IMG/VR virus record: IMGVR_UViG_3300042567_000475
Coordinates: 1-61,489 of that record
Source: a virus
Lineage: Duplodnaviria > Caudoviricetes
Length of the DNA stretch: 61,489 nucleotides
Reading direction: 5' to 3' (one strand)
Of the stretch, positions 8,281-16,463 are shown one piece after another. Position numbers and translations under genes: made by a program. The stretch's first letter is position 1, and every line of letters starts with the position of its first letter. The notes under the pieces are model-generated. The model did no database searches. It saw only the letters and a program-made list of their open reading frames with translations, and had not been told where the DNA came from.

Positions 8281-9644
8281 GCCTCTCTGTTATTTTCTAA
8301 AAAGTAATTTAAATCTTCTGGAGTTCCAATGCCCCACATTTTTTCAATAAACTTTGGCCTAATCTTTTTGTTATCACTAACAGCTTCATTAAAAACTGGG
8401 CAAACATAAAACTCATTGTTAGTTCTAATATCCTTATCAATCATTTGCTTTGCATACTTTACATAGTCTGATCCATGCTTCCAGTAATAAACTCCAACTG
8501 TAGCGTTGTCAGATATTGGATTTTTCTCTGCTACCTCTACAATAAAACCGTTGTCATCAAGTCTTGCATAAGACCACTTTGGATGAGTTGCTTTAAAGGT
8601 CATTATTCCTGCATCAACATTAGAAGCTGTGAATGCATACATAGCCTCATTTGCATCCCAGTCCATAACCTGATCTGAGTTTGCAATAACCAATGGCTTG
8701 TCGCTATCAATTAGACTCTCTGCAAGAAGGGTGGTGCAGGCAGCACCCTCTGTTATCCCATCAACCTGAACAATGTCACAACCTGGGGCAATAAGGTTTA
8801 GCACTTGCTTTAAATTATATTTTTCATAATGTTCTTTTTGTACTAAGAAAATGTAATGAGCATCAAGATTAAGATTCTCTACAACCACTTGAATCATTGG
8901 CTTTCCATGTACTTCAATCAGTGGCTTAGGGAAGGTGTATCCAGCCTGAGCAAACCTTGATCCTGCTCCAGCCATAGGAATAAGAACGTTCATCTCTTTA
9001 TTAATCCATGGAATAGTTGCCTGATTCTCAACCTTATCCAGCATGTTTACAAACCTTTCATAGCTTAAATCATCAGAATTCTTTATTGGGTATAGTATAG
9101 CACCAGATGCCTTTGCACCCTCTCTTCCAATGTGAGAATCTTCAACAATTATTGTATCTCTTGGGTGAGCATCTAAGGCCGTCATACATTTCCAATACAT
9201 CTCTGGATAAGGCTTATGATGCCTAACATCTTCATTACTAACAACATAGTCAACAAGGTGAAGCAATCCTAATGAGCTTAATGCTACTCTGACGGTATCT
9301 CTAATGCTGTTGCTTGCCACTGCTATTTTATATTTGCGATCTCTTAACGCAAACATAATTTTGATTGCAGTTACGTTGTATTGAAAGTTCTCTAGCAATG
9401 CTATGGTTTCTTCTTGTTTTTGTTTCCAGATAAAATCATGTTGATCTATTGGCAAACCCTTTTCAATTGTAAGCATTTCAAGCTTTTTCTTTGTACTGAG
9501 TCCGTCATATTTTGCAACATGCTCTTGATAGGTTATGCAGTATTTTGGGGCAACAAGTGCAATAGCATTATTCAATGCATCAAAGTGCAAATCACGAGAA
9601 TCCATTAACACACCATCAAGATCAAAAATAACTAACTTATTCAC
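8277..9644 (-). CDS. HAD phosphatase / sugar nucleotidyltransferase fusion
   Basis: N-terminal FDLDGVL...KPYP...VEDS; C-terminal LIPMAGAGSRF...PKPLI...NSDQ...EK...GTPEDL. Confidence 0.9.
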   Translation of the reverse strand: MNKLVIFDLDGVLMDSRDLHFDALNNAIALVAPKYCITYQEHVAKYDGLSTKKKLEMLTIEKGLPIDQHDFIWKQKQEETIALLENFQYNVTAIKIMFALRDRKYKIAVASNSIRDTVRVALSSLGLLHLVDYVVSNEDVRHHKPYPEMYWKCMTALDAHPRDTIIVEDSHIGREGAKASGAILYPIKNSDDLSYERFVNMLDKVENQATIPWINKEMNVLIPMAGAGSRFAQAGYTFPKPLIEVHGKPMIQVVVENLNLDAHYIFLVQKEHYEKYNLKQVLNLIAPGCDIVQVDGITEGAACTTLLAESLIDSDKPLVIANSDQVMDWDANEAMYAFTASNVDAGIMTFKATHPKWSYARLDDNGFIVEVAEKNPISDNATVGVYYWKHGSDYVKYAKQMIDKDIRTNNEFYVCPVFNEAVSDNKKIRPKFIEKMWGIGTPEDLNYFLENNREA

Positions 9645-10288
9645 TGTTGTGGCCCTGCATGTCTATGCCATTTGTTATGCCTAACAATTGCGTTGCCATT
9701 ACACTTCATTACATATTTATTACGAACCCGCATTGACCACTCCACATCCTCTTCTTCATTCCACACAAGAGATTCATCAAGTGGTTCTTCTAGCAGTACA
9801 TGTTTCTTTACGATAAAAAACCCGCCAGAAATATACATGTATTGTGTTTGTGACCAATCATTATAATTAAGAGACCAAGCTCTTCCATGTCCAGGTTTAT
9901 CCCATAGGGACCAGTCCATAGGATTACGATAACCATTAATTAAATACTGTGGACAAGAACAAATATCCCAGTCTATTCCAAAAGTTTTAAAAGCTTCATA
10001 CCAACCTGGGTCAAAGACATGGTAGTCATGCAGAAGAACTACGTTATCATATCTAGCATTCTGGACTATAATATTTTTCTTACGAGTAATCCACTTTGGT
10101 TTTTGATTTTCATCAAAGTCTATGATACGAATATCTTCTCCATCAATACCGCTTGAGTCTCCACCACCAACAAAGATGATTTCATAGTCAGGGATATTAA
10201 GATTACGAATAGACAGTATTATCTCTTGAAGTCTAGCCTTATCTTCATAGACAGTTATTATTCCAAAGGTAAAAGGTATTTCACTCAA
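9641..10288 (-). CDS. Family 2-like glycosyltransferase
   Basis: FTFGIIT...KKN...VLLHDY...GGFFIVK...LDE...EDVEWS. Confidence 0.8.
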   Translation of the reverse strand: MSEIPFTFGIITVYEDKARLQEIILSIRNLNIPDYEIIFVGGGDSSGIDGEDIRIIDFDENQKPKWITRKKNIIVQNARYDNVVLLHDYHVFDPGWYEAFKTFGIDWDICSCPQYLINGYRNPMDWSLWDKPGHGRAWSLNYNDWSQTQYMYISGGFFIVKKHVLLEEPLDESLVWNEEEDVEWSMRVRNKYVMKCNGNAIVRHNKWHRHAGPQQ

Positions 10289-10563
10289 TCTTCCTCGCTC
10301 TCTAAGAATTCATCAAGATCTTCATATTCCCCATCTGGATCAACCCCAAACAGGCTACAAAGGAATTGCCAAGTTTCTTCAATTAAAGATAGACCCTCTA
10401 GTGTTGGGTCGGCAAGTTTATAGGAGACTGATTGTGCAAGTGGTATTCCAAGGTTGTTGTATGAAATAAAATCTTCAACTTCTGCATCGTCAATGAAGAT
10501 GTTTTTTAAGAAATGCTCTCTGATAAACTCTTCAATGATGTCACACTTCTTTTTAATTTCCAT
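10285..10563 (-). CDS. Acidic hypothetical protein
   Basis: 92 aa, GGGAG RBS, TGTATAAT upstream. Confidence 0.7.
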   Translation of the reverse strand: MEIKKKCDIIEEFIREHFLKNIFIDDAEVEDFISYNNLGIPLAQSVSYKLADPTLEGLSLIEETWQFLCSLFGVDPDGEYEDLDEFLESEED

Positions 10564-10596
10564 AATAGCTCCCTTGTTTATTCTTAATTATACAGT

Positions 10597-10624
10597 AAAG
10601 GGGCAGATCATTTCTGACCTGCCC
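10597..10624 (-). terminator. Intrinsic terminator
   Basis: GGGCAGGTCA-GAAA-TGATCTGCCC hairpin then CTTT. Confidence 0.65.
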
Positions 10625-10630
10625 ACAATA

Positions 10631-10807
10631 CTATCGGTATTTCTTTCTTAGCTGAGGTCTTAGCCCTGCCTTTACCAATGCTTGATATTCAATTGAATAA
10701 ACTTTTTCACTTGAATCCCCTGGCTTTCCTCCTAGAGACTTTCTCAAGTTACTAGAGGCTGCAGTAAAGGACCTTTCCAAACGATCAGCTTCGTCTGGAC
10801 CTACCAC
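10631..10807 (-). CDS. 58-aa basic protein (not in ORF track)
   Basis: GTG overlapping the SSB stop; ends YQALVKAGLRPQLRKKYR; fills the gap up to the terminator. Confidence 0.7.
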   Translation of the reverse strand: MVGPDEADRLERSFTAASSNLRKSLGGKPGDSSEKVYSIEYQALVKAGLRPQLRKKYR

Positions 10808-11199
10808 TACTCACCCCAGGGGTTGTCTATGTCTGGCATGACTTCCGACTTTAATGTTGAGGAAGCATTGTCGCTTCCCCTAGAGATTATTGATGGACCA
10901 ACGTCTGTTGCCTCAATTTCATAAGCGTAACCATTTGTTCCATCTTTACGCTGAAATGATCGGCCCTTTAGCTTTCCATGAACAATGACCCTCTGCCCTT
11001 TCTTAAGTGACACAGAGCCTTCAGCAAGCTTCCTCCAACAAGTAACATCAATGTATGTAGTGTCAGAGTCCTTCCATTCACCGTTAGCATCCTTGATACG
11101 CTCGTTGCTTGCAATCCTAAGCTTAGCAAGCTTATGGCCCCCAGCATCCTTTGTTTCTGGATCTGCTACTAGATTTCCAATTACCGTAATCATACTCAT
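10807..11199 (-). CDS. ssb: Bacterial-type single-stranded DNA-binding protein
   Basis: ITVIGNLVADPE...W...YIDVTCW..LAE...KGQRVIVHG; acidic tail ending NPWGE. Confidence 0.92.
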   Translation of the reverse strand: MSMITVIGNLVADPETKDAGGHKLAKLRIASNERIKDANGEWKDSDTTYIDVTCWRKLAEGSVSLKKGQRVIVHGKLKGRSFQRKDGTNGYAYEIEATDVGPSIISRGSDNASSTLKSEVMPDIDNPWGE

Positions 11200-11495
11200 T
11201 TTAAGAATCCATTTCCTCTAGTTTTTAATTTACTTGGTAGTGTGTCACCAGTATCAATGACTGGCTCTAGTGTAACCTTAACTCCGAAAGAAGTCAAGGC
11301 TTTTCTTATTTTTTCTAAATAAGCTACACAACGAATTCTTTCTGATTCGTTGTAATAGCCCCATTGTGACTCATAGAACCTGACTGCAATGAATCTGTTC
11401 CTTGGGTCAAGATCGTACTCAACTATGTCGATTACGAATTCATGTGGTGGTTTAATTGATCTTACTGCTTTTTGCATAGCCAATGTATAAATCAT
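11196..11495 (-). CDS. Conserved hypothetical protein
   Basis: ATG at 11495 overlaps the whiB stop, GGAG RBS. Confidence 0.65.
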   Translation of the reverse strand: MIYTLAMQKAVRSIKPPHEFVIDIVEYDLDPRNRFIAVRFYESQWGYYNESERIRCVAYLEKIRKALTSFGVKVTLEPVIDTGDTLPSKLKTRGNGFLK

Positions 11496-11782
11496 TTTGT
11501 CTCCATAGTTATAGATGACCAAACATTAAACCATTTGTTCTTGTCTTTATGATTGTTAAACTCTTTTGATATCTTACCTTTTTCAAAGTAAACCCCTCCC
11601 CAGACTCCCCACTCTTGCCTACTAATGGCACTTGCAAGGCACTGTCTTTGTACAGGACAACTTTGACATAAAGAATCTATTGCTTGTCTTAAATCAAGGT
11701 CCTCTTCATATTTATCAAAGAAGAAGTTTGTATCTAAGTTTAAACATTTTGCGTCTAGCTTCCAATCTTTTTTAGGCATCAC
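11492..11782 (-). CDS. whiB: WhiB family Fe-S transcription regulator
   Basis: W...AKC...FF...CQSCPVQRQC...GVWGG; four Cys. Confidence 0.92.
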   Translation of the reverse strand: MMPKKDWKLDAKCLNLDTNFFFDKYEEDLDLRQAIDSLCQSCPVQRQCLASAISRQEWGVWGGVYFEKGKISKEFNNHKDKNKWFNVWSSITMETK

Positions 11783-11991
11783 ATCACCGACTCAGGAAGA
11801 TCCCAACCCTGATCGATGCATGGGTAAACTGTTTTCCTATACCACTGCATCGTTGACTTATCAAAGAATCCTACATGCAAGTACTCTGCATAGTCATCTT
11901 TTACAAGGTGAATTATATCCCACCCATCCCAAGATAAGCTAGAGTTTTTACTTACGATCTCTTCAGCATCATTCTGATTGGATACTATCAT
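11779..11991 (-). CDS. Hypothetical protein
   Basis: 70 aa, LSWDGWDI. Confidence 0.65.
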   Translation of the reverse strand: MIVSNQNDAEEIVSKNSSLSWDGWDIIHLVKDDYAEYLHVGFFDKSTMQWYRKTVYPCIDQGWDLPESVM

Positions 11992-12241
11992 TGTTGAATA
12001 CCTTTCCAGTTATGACATATACAAAATATATCACCAGTAGCTCTAAGGCAAACCATAAGATAAAGCCTATCTGATTGGTAGCAATTCCGTACCACAAGAT
12101 AGTAACCATATGAATGACCCACGCTATTATTAACAGGACGAACTTTTTAATACTTGATTTTTGAAACATTGAAGAGTACACCATTATATATAAAAGTGCA
12201 ACTGCTCCAAAGACTATAAGAGACCAGGTGTTAAGACTCAT
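11969..12241 (-). CDS. Membrane protein (about 3 TM helices)
   Basis: Three hydrophobic stretches. Confidence 0.7.
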   Translation of the reverse strand: MSLNTWSLIVFGAVALLYIMVYSSMFQKSSIKKFVLLIIAWVIHMVTILWYGIATNQIGFILWFALELLVIYFVYVITGKVFNNDSIQSE

Positions 12242-12602
12242 AAATTTCCTCTATTGTATGTATTACTTTCTTTATACCAGAGCTTTTAATAAGCTCGTTG
12301 CAGACACAACATGGTTTACTATTCCTGTCTATACCCTGCCGATTAACCCTTGCAACATAAAGAATGGCTCCTCTAGAATTGCTACCTGCTTCACGCAAGG
12401 CAACTTCCTCAGCATGTCTGGAGCAATGAACCTTGATAAGTTCTTCTGGAATGTTGTGAGGGTGATTCTTAAATCTATTAAATCCTGTACCAACAACACG
12501 ACCAGACTTTACAATGATTGCTCCATGCTTTTTGTTTTCTTCAGATTTTTCAGCAAAGTATCTAGCCATGTTGAGAAATGAAACATCTTTGTTTGATAGC
12601 AT
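12231..12602 (-). CDS. Cytidine/dCMP deaminase-like zinc protein
   Basis: HGAIIV...GFN...HAE...PCCVC. Confidence 0.88.
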   Translation of the reverse strand: MLSNKDVSFLNMARYFAEKSEENKKHGAIIVKSGRVVGTGFNRFKNHPHNIPEELIKVHCSRHAEEVALREAGSNSRGAILYVARVNRQGIDRNSKPCCVCNELIKSSGIKKVIHTIEEIYES

Positions 12603-12949
12603 TATGATCTAAAGATCCCTACTTCAATTCCAGCAAGCTCTGCTTCAGCGGTAATTCGTGAAGGCTTGTCATTTTTATTTGCAAAGTGGGCAAAATAAGA
12701 AACATAAGATATATTCTCAGATATATAACTTGCTGGCAATTTTTTAAAAATAACTTTGAACCCTTTTTGTTTTAGATAATTCTCTGCAGAGTTACAAAAA
12801 GCAGCAGTAAAACTATTAATCTTATGTGGTCCAGCAGACCATACCTCTATAACGTTTTCGTTATTAGGCTGTGAAAGTGCTACACCCATAGCTCTCATGA
12901 ACACTTCGTAGTCTGTGAAACCTTTAGTTCCCTCAACTGCAATAATCAT
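12602..12949 (-). CDS. SLOG/YspA-like protein
   Basis: IIAVEGTKGFTDY start resembles the YspA-type GxRxFxDY motif. Confidence 0.5.
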   Translation of the reverse strand: MIIAVEGTKGFTDYEVFMRAMGVALSQPNNENVIEVWSAGPHKINSFTAAFCNSAENYLKQKGFKVIFKKLPASYISENISYVSYFAHFANKNDKPSRITAEAELAGIEVGIFRS

Positions 12950-12951
12950 TT

Positions 12952-13245
12952 TTATACTTTCTCTAGTCCTGCAATAATTTCCATAATCTCAGACGGTAGC
13001 AAATCAGAGTTGAGTTCGTCAACTTTAGATCCACTATCAACGTCTATTGAGGAGTTCCTATATGGTGCTCTCATAAGACTATCTTTTTGTTTCCAATACG
13101 CCATCTTATTATATACATAGATGGGTATAATGTCAATAGATTCTTCTATCACCTGTTCAGTATTTTTGCATTTAAAAAGAAAAATACTAAAAAGTATAAT
13201 CTGTGTGATAGCAATAGGAATCCATATTAAAAACATGGGGGTCAT
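12952..13245 (-). CDS. Membrane-anchored protein with AYW motif
   Basis: N-terminal TM, KMAYW. Confidence 0.65.
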   Translation of the reverse strand: MTPMFLIWIPIAITQIILFSIFLFKCKNTEQVIEESIDIIPIYVYNKMAYWKQKDSLMRAPYRNSSIDVDSGSKVDELNSDLLPSEIMEIIAGLEKV

Positions 13246-13247
13246 AA

Positions 13248-13682
13248 TTAGCCGTCTTTCATACTGTCAAGGATCATTAACAGTCTATTTAGGTCTCTTT
13301 GAGTCAAAGAATGTGCATCTATTGGCTTGGCATTCTCATTATTGATTTGCCCGTTTACAACTTCTGCTTCGTAAAAAATATTATCATGAACCCAATATGC
13401 TTTTCTTTCTAATATTGCGACACGAATAGTATTTTTTCTTCTTATTCTATCTAGTTGACTTTTTGGAGAGTTGTCATTGAAAATTGCTTCAAGGTCATGA
13501 ATCATTGGTTCCATTCCAATGTTCTTGTTCTGGATGGACATAATTCTATTCGACTCTTGCTTTAGAGCCTTTAAGGATGGATTCAGTCGTGATTTGATCG
13601 TAAACAAAATCATGCTCAAATTTATTACGTTTATTGCTACTATGCTTAACCATGCTTTGTAGATTACTGTGCTGTCCTTCAT
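13248..13682 (-). CDS. AYW-motif protein, paralog of 12952-13245 (start uncertain)
   Basis: RKAYWVHDN.FY.A...G.I; a competing overlapping ORF at 13546-13686 has the better-spaced RBS. Confidence 0.65.
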   Translation of the reverse strand: MKDSTVIYKAWLSIVAINVINLSMILFTIKSRLNPSLKALKQESNRIMSIQNKNIGMEPMIHDLEAIFNDNSPKSQLDRIRRKNTIRVAILERKAYWVHDNIFYEAEVVNGQINNENAKPIDAHSLTQRDLNRLLMILDSMKDG

Positions 13683-13708
13683 CCATTACATCTCCTTTAG
13701 TTAGATAT

Positions 13709-13737
13709 ATAATATCTTTTTTTTACTCTTTTGTCAA
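13709..13737 (-). promoter_or_regulatory. Sigma70-type promoter
   Basis: TTGACA-17 nt-TATTAT followed by AAGGAG. Confidence 0.75.
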
Positions 13738-14109
13738 GTATTTTTCAAAAGAGAATGGTGAATCTATCCAAACATGTTTTTTTGATTCTCTATTAGCTAT
13801 GGCACGAGACCAGGAAAACCCTGCATCTCCACCCCAGGCATCCCACATAATGCGACCATTAGAAGGATTGCTTGTATTATAAAAATCTTTTCCCTTTTTA
13901 TCAACTTCATGACGAGCAAAGAAAGAGTACATTCGTTTTACTGTTGATAGAGACATTGCCCTACCTGCAACAATATCTGAAGCTCTTCCCCAACCAATAG
14001 GGGTTCCAGCACCTGTAGCCTTGCCCTCTTCTTTCCATCTAAGGGCACGCCTTGCTGCTGCTTTCATTCCAGCAGTTGGGCTATAGGTTTCTTCTGCCAT
14101 GCTCTTCAT
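13723..14109 (-). CDS. Conserved phage protein with WGGDAG motif, probably head-associated
   Basis: A.RAL.W...GT..G..RA...TVKRMYSFFARH...I.WDAWGGDAG..W. Confidence 0.75.
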   Translation of the reverse strand: MKSMAEETYSPTAGMKAAARRALRWKEEGKATGAGTPIGWGRASDIVAGRAMSLSTVKRMYSFFARHEVDKKGKDFYNTSNPSNGRIMWDAWGGDAGFSWSRAIANRESKKHVWIDSPFSFEKYLTKE

Positions 14110-15181
14110 TCCTGAAAAGATTTAGTGAGATCGGGGCATTTCCTCTTGTATTAACTCTTTTTGCATGAGCTGGCATATTAGAGAAAATTGAAGAAAGATC
14201 TTCTGGAACTTCTATTTTTTCTGAGCTATCACTTTCGAGTACTGGAGAGTTGTCAACAATCTCTTCTGTATCCCATGCTGAAATAGCTTCTTTAATAAGA
14301 TCAATGTTTTCTATTGACTTACCCATAGCTCTAAGGGTTCCTACCTTGTGACCGACTCTAGTGTCTGTTGGCTTGCCATCTCTGTATAGTCTGATTACTG
14401 CTGCTGGGGCTTCTGGAGTACCTGTAATTGTAAAGTCTGAGTTTGGAACATTATACTTACCATCTCTAATAATTCTTTCTACCTTACCAGTTGCCCTACC
14501 GCCACTTGAGTTCCAGGAAACCATTTGTCCTACACGAACAGAGTCTGCCTTACCCATGTCATCCATGTCGTGGTCCATGTCCATATTATCATTCATATTG
14601 TCATCCATGCTGTCATTCATATTATCATCCATTTCTGTATTTACTAGTCCATCTGGAATGGCTGCTAGTCTACACTTTGAGTTTTCTTGTATTTCAAAAG
14701 AAAGCAGTTTACATCCTAAAGTACCTTCTGCTTTATCATAATGAAAGGCACAGTTTCCACACTTGACGCCTATATTTGCAACTTCATTTTCATTAGGCAA
14801 CTCATATCCAACCCACACACCTGAAGATGCCTTATCGAATGGGCCATACTCTTCAGCGATTCTAATCAAAGAGTTATAAAAAGCTTTCTCTTGTGGAACA
14901 AGAAGATTAAAAAGATCTTCAGGATTCATATGTTCAGCTTTATTTACCATTTCGTAATCAGTAAATCTTTTTTTCTTTTTTGGCTTTATTGCTTGAGGAT
15001 ATTTATTTGGAGTAACTTCATTTGTAATTACTGCCTTGTCAGATTCGGAAGCATACAAAGCTGCCATTTGGTCTTGTGCTGCTGACTGACTAGAATGACA
15101 CCCTTCGATCTCAGTAGTTCCTTGTTTTACTACTGCATACCCAGCGCAACCACCATAGTTTTGCTTAATTTCCCAGGGCAT
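14081..15181 (-). CDS. Multidomain probable head-cargo protein (small N-domain, four-Cys HiPIP-like domain, Tudor/DUF2945-like domain)
   Basis: GYAVVK...GCH....A..QMAALYASE; KCGNCAF...C...C; VGQMVSWNSSGG...G.V. Confidence 0.65.
   Translation of the reverse strand: MPWEIKQNYGGCAGYAVVKQGTTEIEGCHSSQSAAQDQMAALYASESDKAVITNEVTPNKYPQAIKPKKKKRFTDYEMVNKAEHMNPEDLFNLLVPQEKAFYNSLIRIAEEYGPFDKASSGVWVGYELPNENEVANIGVKCGNCAFHYDKAEGTLGCKLLSFEIQENSKCRLAAIPDGLVNTEMDDNMNDSMDDNMNDNMDMDHDMDDMGKADSVRVGQMVSWNSSGGRATGKVERIIRDGKYNVPNSDFTITGTPEAPAAVIRLYRDGKPTDTRVGHKVGTLRAMGKSIENIDLIKEAISAWDTEEIVDNSPVLESDSSEKIEVPEDLSSIFSNMPAHAKRVNTRGNAPISLNLFRNEEHGRRNL
14555..14632 (-). repeat. Degenerate Met/Asp/Asn coding micro-repeat (linker)
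   Basis: MDDNMNDSMDDNMNDNMDMDHDMDDM. Confidence 0.85.
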
Positions 15182-15429
15182 TACTTGCTTACCTCAATGC
15201 ATCCATCTTCACAAATGGTTACATTACCCTCCCAATTGTCCTTGACAAATCTTTCAAACTTTCTGCGCTCTAGCCCACGATTACTATTTATCTTAACGCA
15301 AACTGAGTTATTTTCTGGATGGGTGCCGCAAACTTCCATTCCTTCATAGTCTCTTAACTTATCAATGTTGAGAACCATATCTTCATTAGTTACTTTTGCA
15401 AAATTATTCTTAAAAATTTTATTAAACAT
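15181..15429 (-). CDS. Hypothetical protein, probably leaderless
   Basis: ATG at 15429 is 6 nt after TGGTATAAT (15436-15444). Confidence 0.6.
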   Translation of the reverse strand: MFNKIFKNNFAKVTNEDMVLNIDKLRDYEGMEVCGTHPENNSVCVKINSNRGLERRKFERFVKDNWEGNVTICEDGCIEVSK

Positions 15430-15436
15430 GAGATTA

Positions 15437-16456
15437 TTATACCACCAGAGCGTGGGGTTTTGATTCATTTACACTTAATGGGGAAACTTTAATAGCTTCT
15501 GAATGTATATGTAAGGATGATAGATTATCTACCCCCGAATAAGAACACCCGCTACCCAAGCCTCCCCTGACCTGATCAATAATTGCATTGACAGATCCCT
15601 TGTATGTAATCGTTGTAGAAACACCTTCTGTAACAGAAGACTTTCCTATAAAATCAATTTGAGCTTTATCAGAGGCCATTCCCCTAAAGTGCTTAACAGT
15701 TGTTCCATTTGACTCAAATACTTCTCCTGGTGATTCGTCTGTTCCAGCAAGCATTGATCCCAGCATGACTGCATCTGCTCCCAAAGCAAAAGCTTTTACC
15801 ATGTCTCCACTGTTTCTAATTCCACCATCAGCAACAATTGAACACTGATATTCGTTTTGCAATGCTACTTCAGATATTGAATGAGCAGTAGGAACTCCAT
15901 GACCACTTACTATCCTTGTTGTACATACGCTTCCACCACCTATTCCAACACGAATAGAGTCTGCTCCAACCTCTGCAAGTCTTTTAAATCCGTCGTAAGT
16001 AGCAACATTGCCTGCCATAATATGTGCATCTGGCAGGGCTAATGAAAGTTCTTTAACTGCATTAATTGCATTGTCACTGTGACCATTAGCGGTATCAACT
16101 AAAAATATTCTTACACCTATCTTGTATAAGCTGTCTGCCTGTGATAGAAAGCCATTGTTAGATGCAATGGCTACTCCAAAATTATATTTGTCTTCAATAA
16201 GGTCTTGAGACTTTGCTACTTGTTCTTCATAACTCATATACCTATGAAGTATTCCCAATCCACCCCTGTCAGACATAGCCTTACACATCTCTACATCGCA
16301 GACTGTATCCATTGGTGATGCAATTACTGGTGTATAAAGACTAATTTCTTTTGCCCCATAACCAATTGACATTGTTAATCTTACGTCGTGCCTTGACTTT
16401 ACTGAGCTGTGTTGTGGCACCAAAAGGATGTCATCAAAACAAAGTGATTCTTTCAT
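15437..16456 (-). CDS. IMP dehydrogenase / GMP reductase family protein without CBS domains
   Basis: [35 protein letters not shown], catalytic [24 protein letters not shown]. Confidence 0.93.
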   Translation of the reverse strand: MKESLCFDDILLVPQHSSVKSRHDVRLTMSIGYGAKEISLYTPVIASPMDTVCDVEMCKAMSDRGGLGILHRYMSYEEQVAKSQDLIEDKYNFGVAIASNNGFLSQADSLYKIGVRIFLVDTANGHSDNAINAVKELSLALPDAHIMAGNVATYDGFKRLAEVGADSIRVGIGGGSVCTTRIVSGHGVPTAHSISEVALQNEYQCSIVADGGIRNSGDMVKAFALGADAVMLGSMLAGTDESPGEVFESNGTTVKHFRGMASDKAQIDFIGKSSVTEGVSTTITYKGSVNAIIDQVRGGLGSGCSYSGVDNLSSLHIHSEAIKVSPLSVNESKPHALVV

Positions 16457-16463
16457 TATTCTC

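Noticed and set aside
10631-10807. Possible ncRNA in the gap after ssb
   Set aside because: A 58-aa ORF coupled to ssb fills the gap exactly
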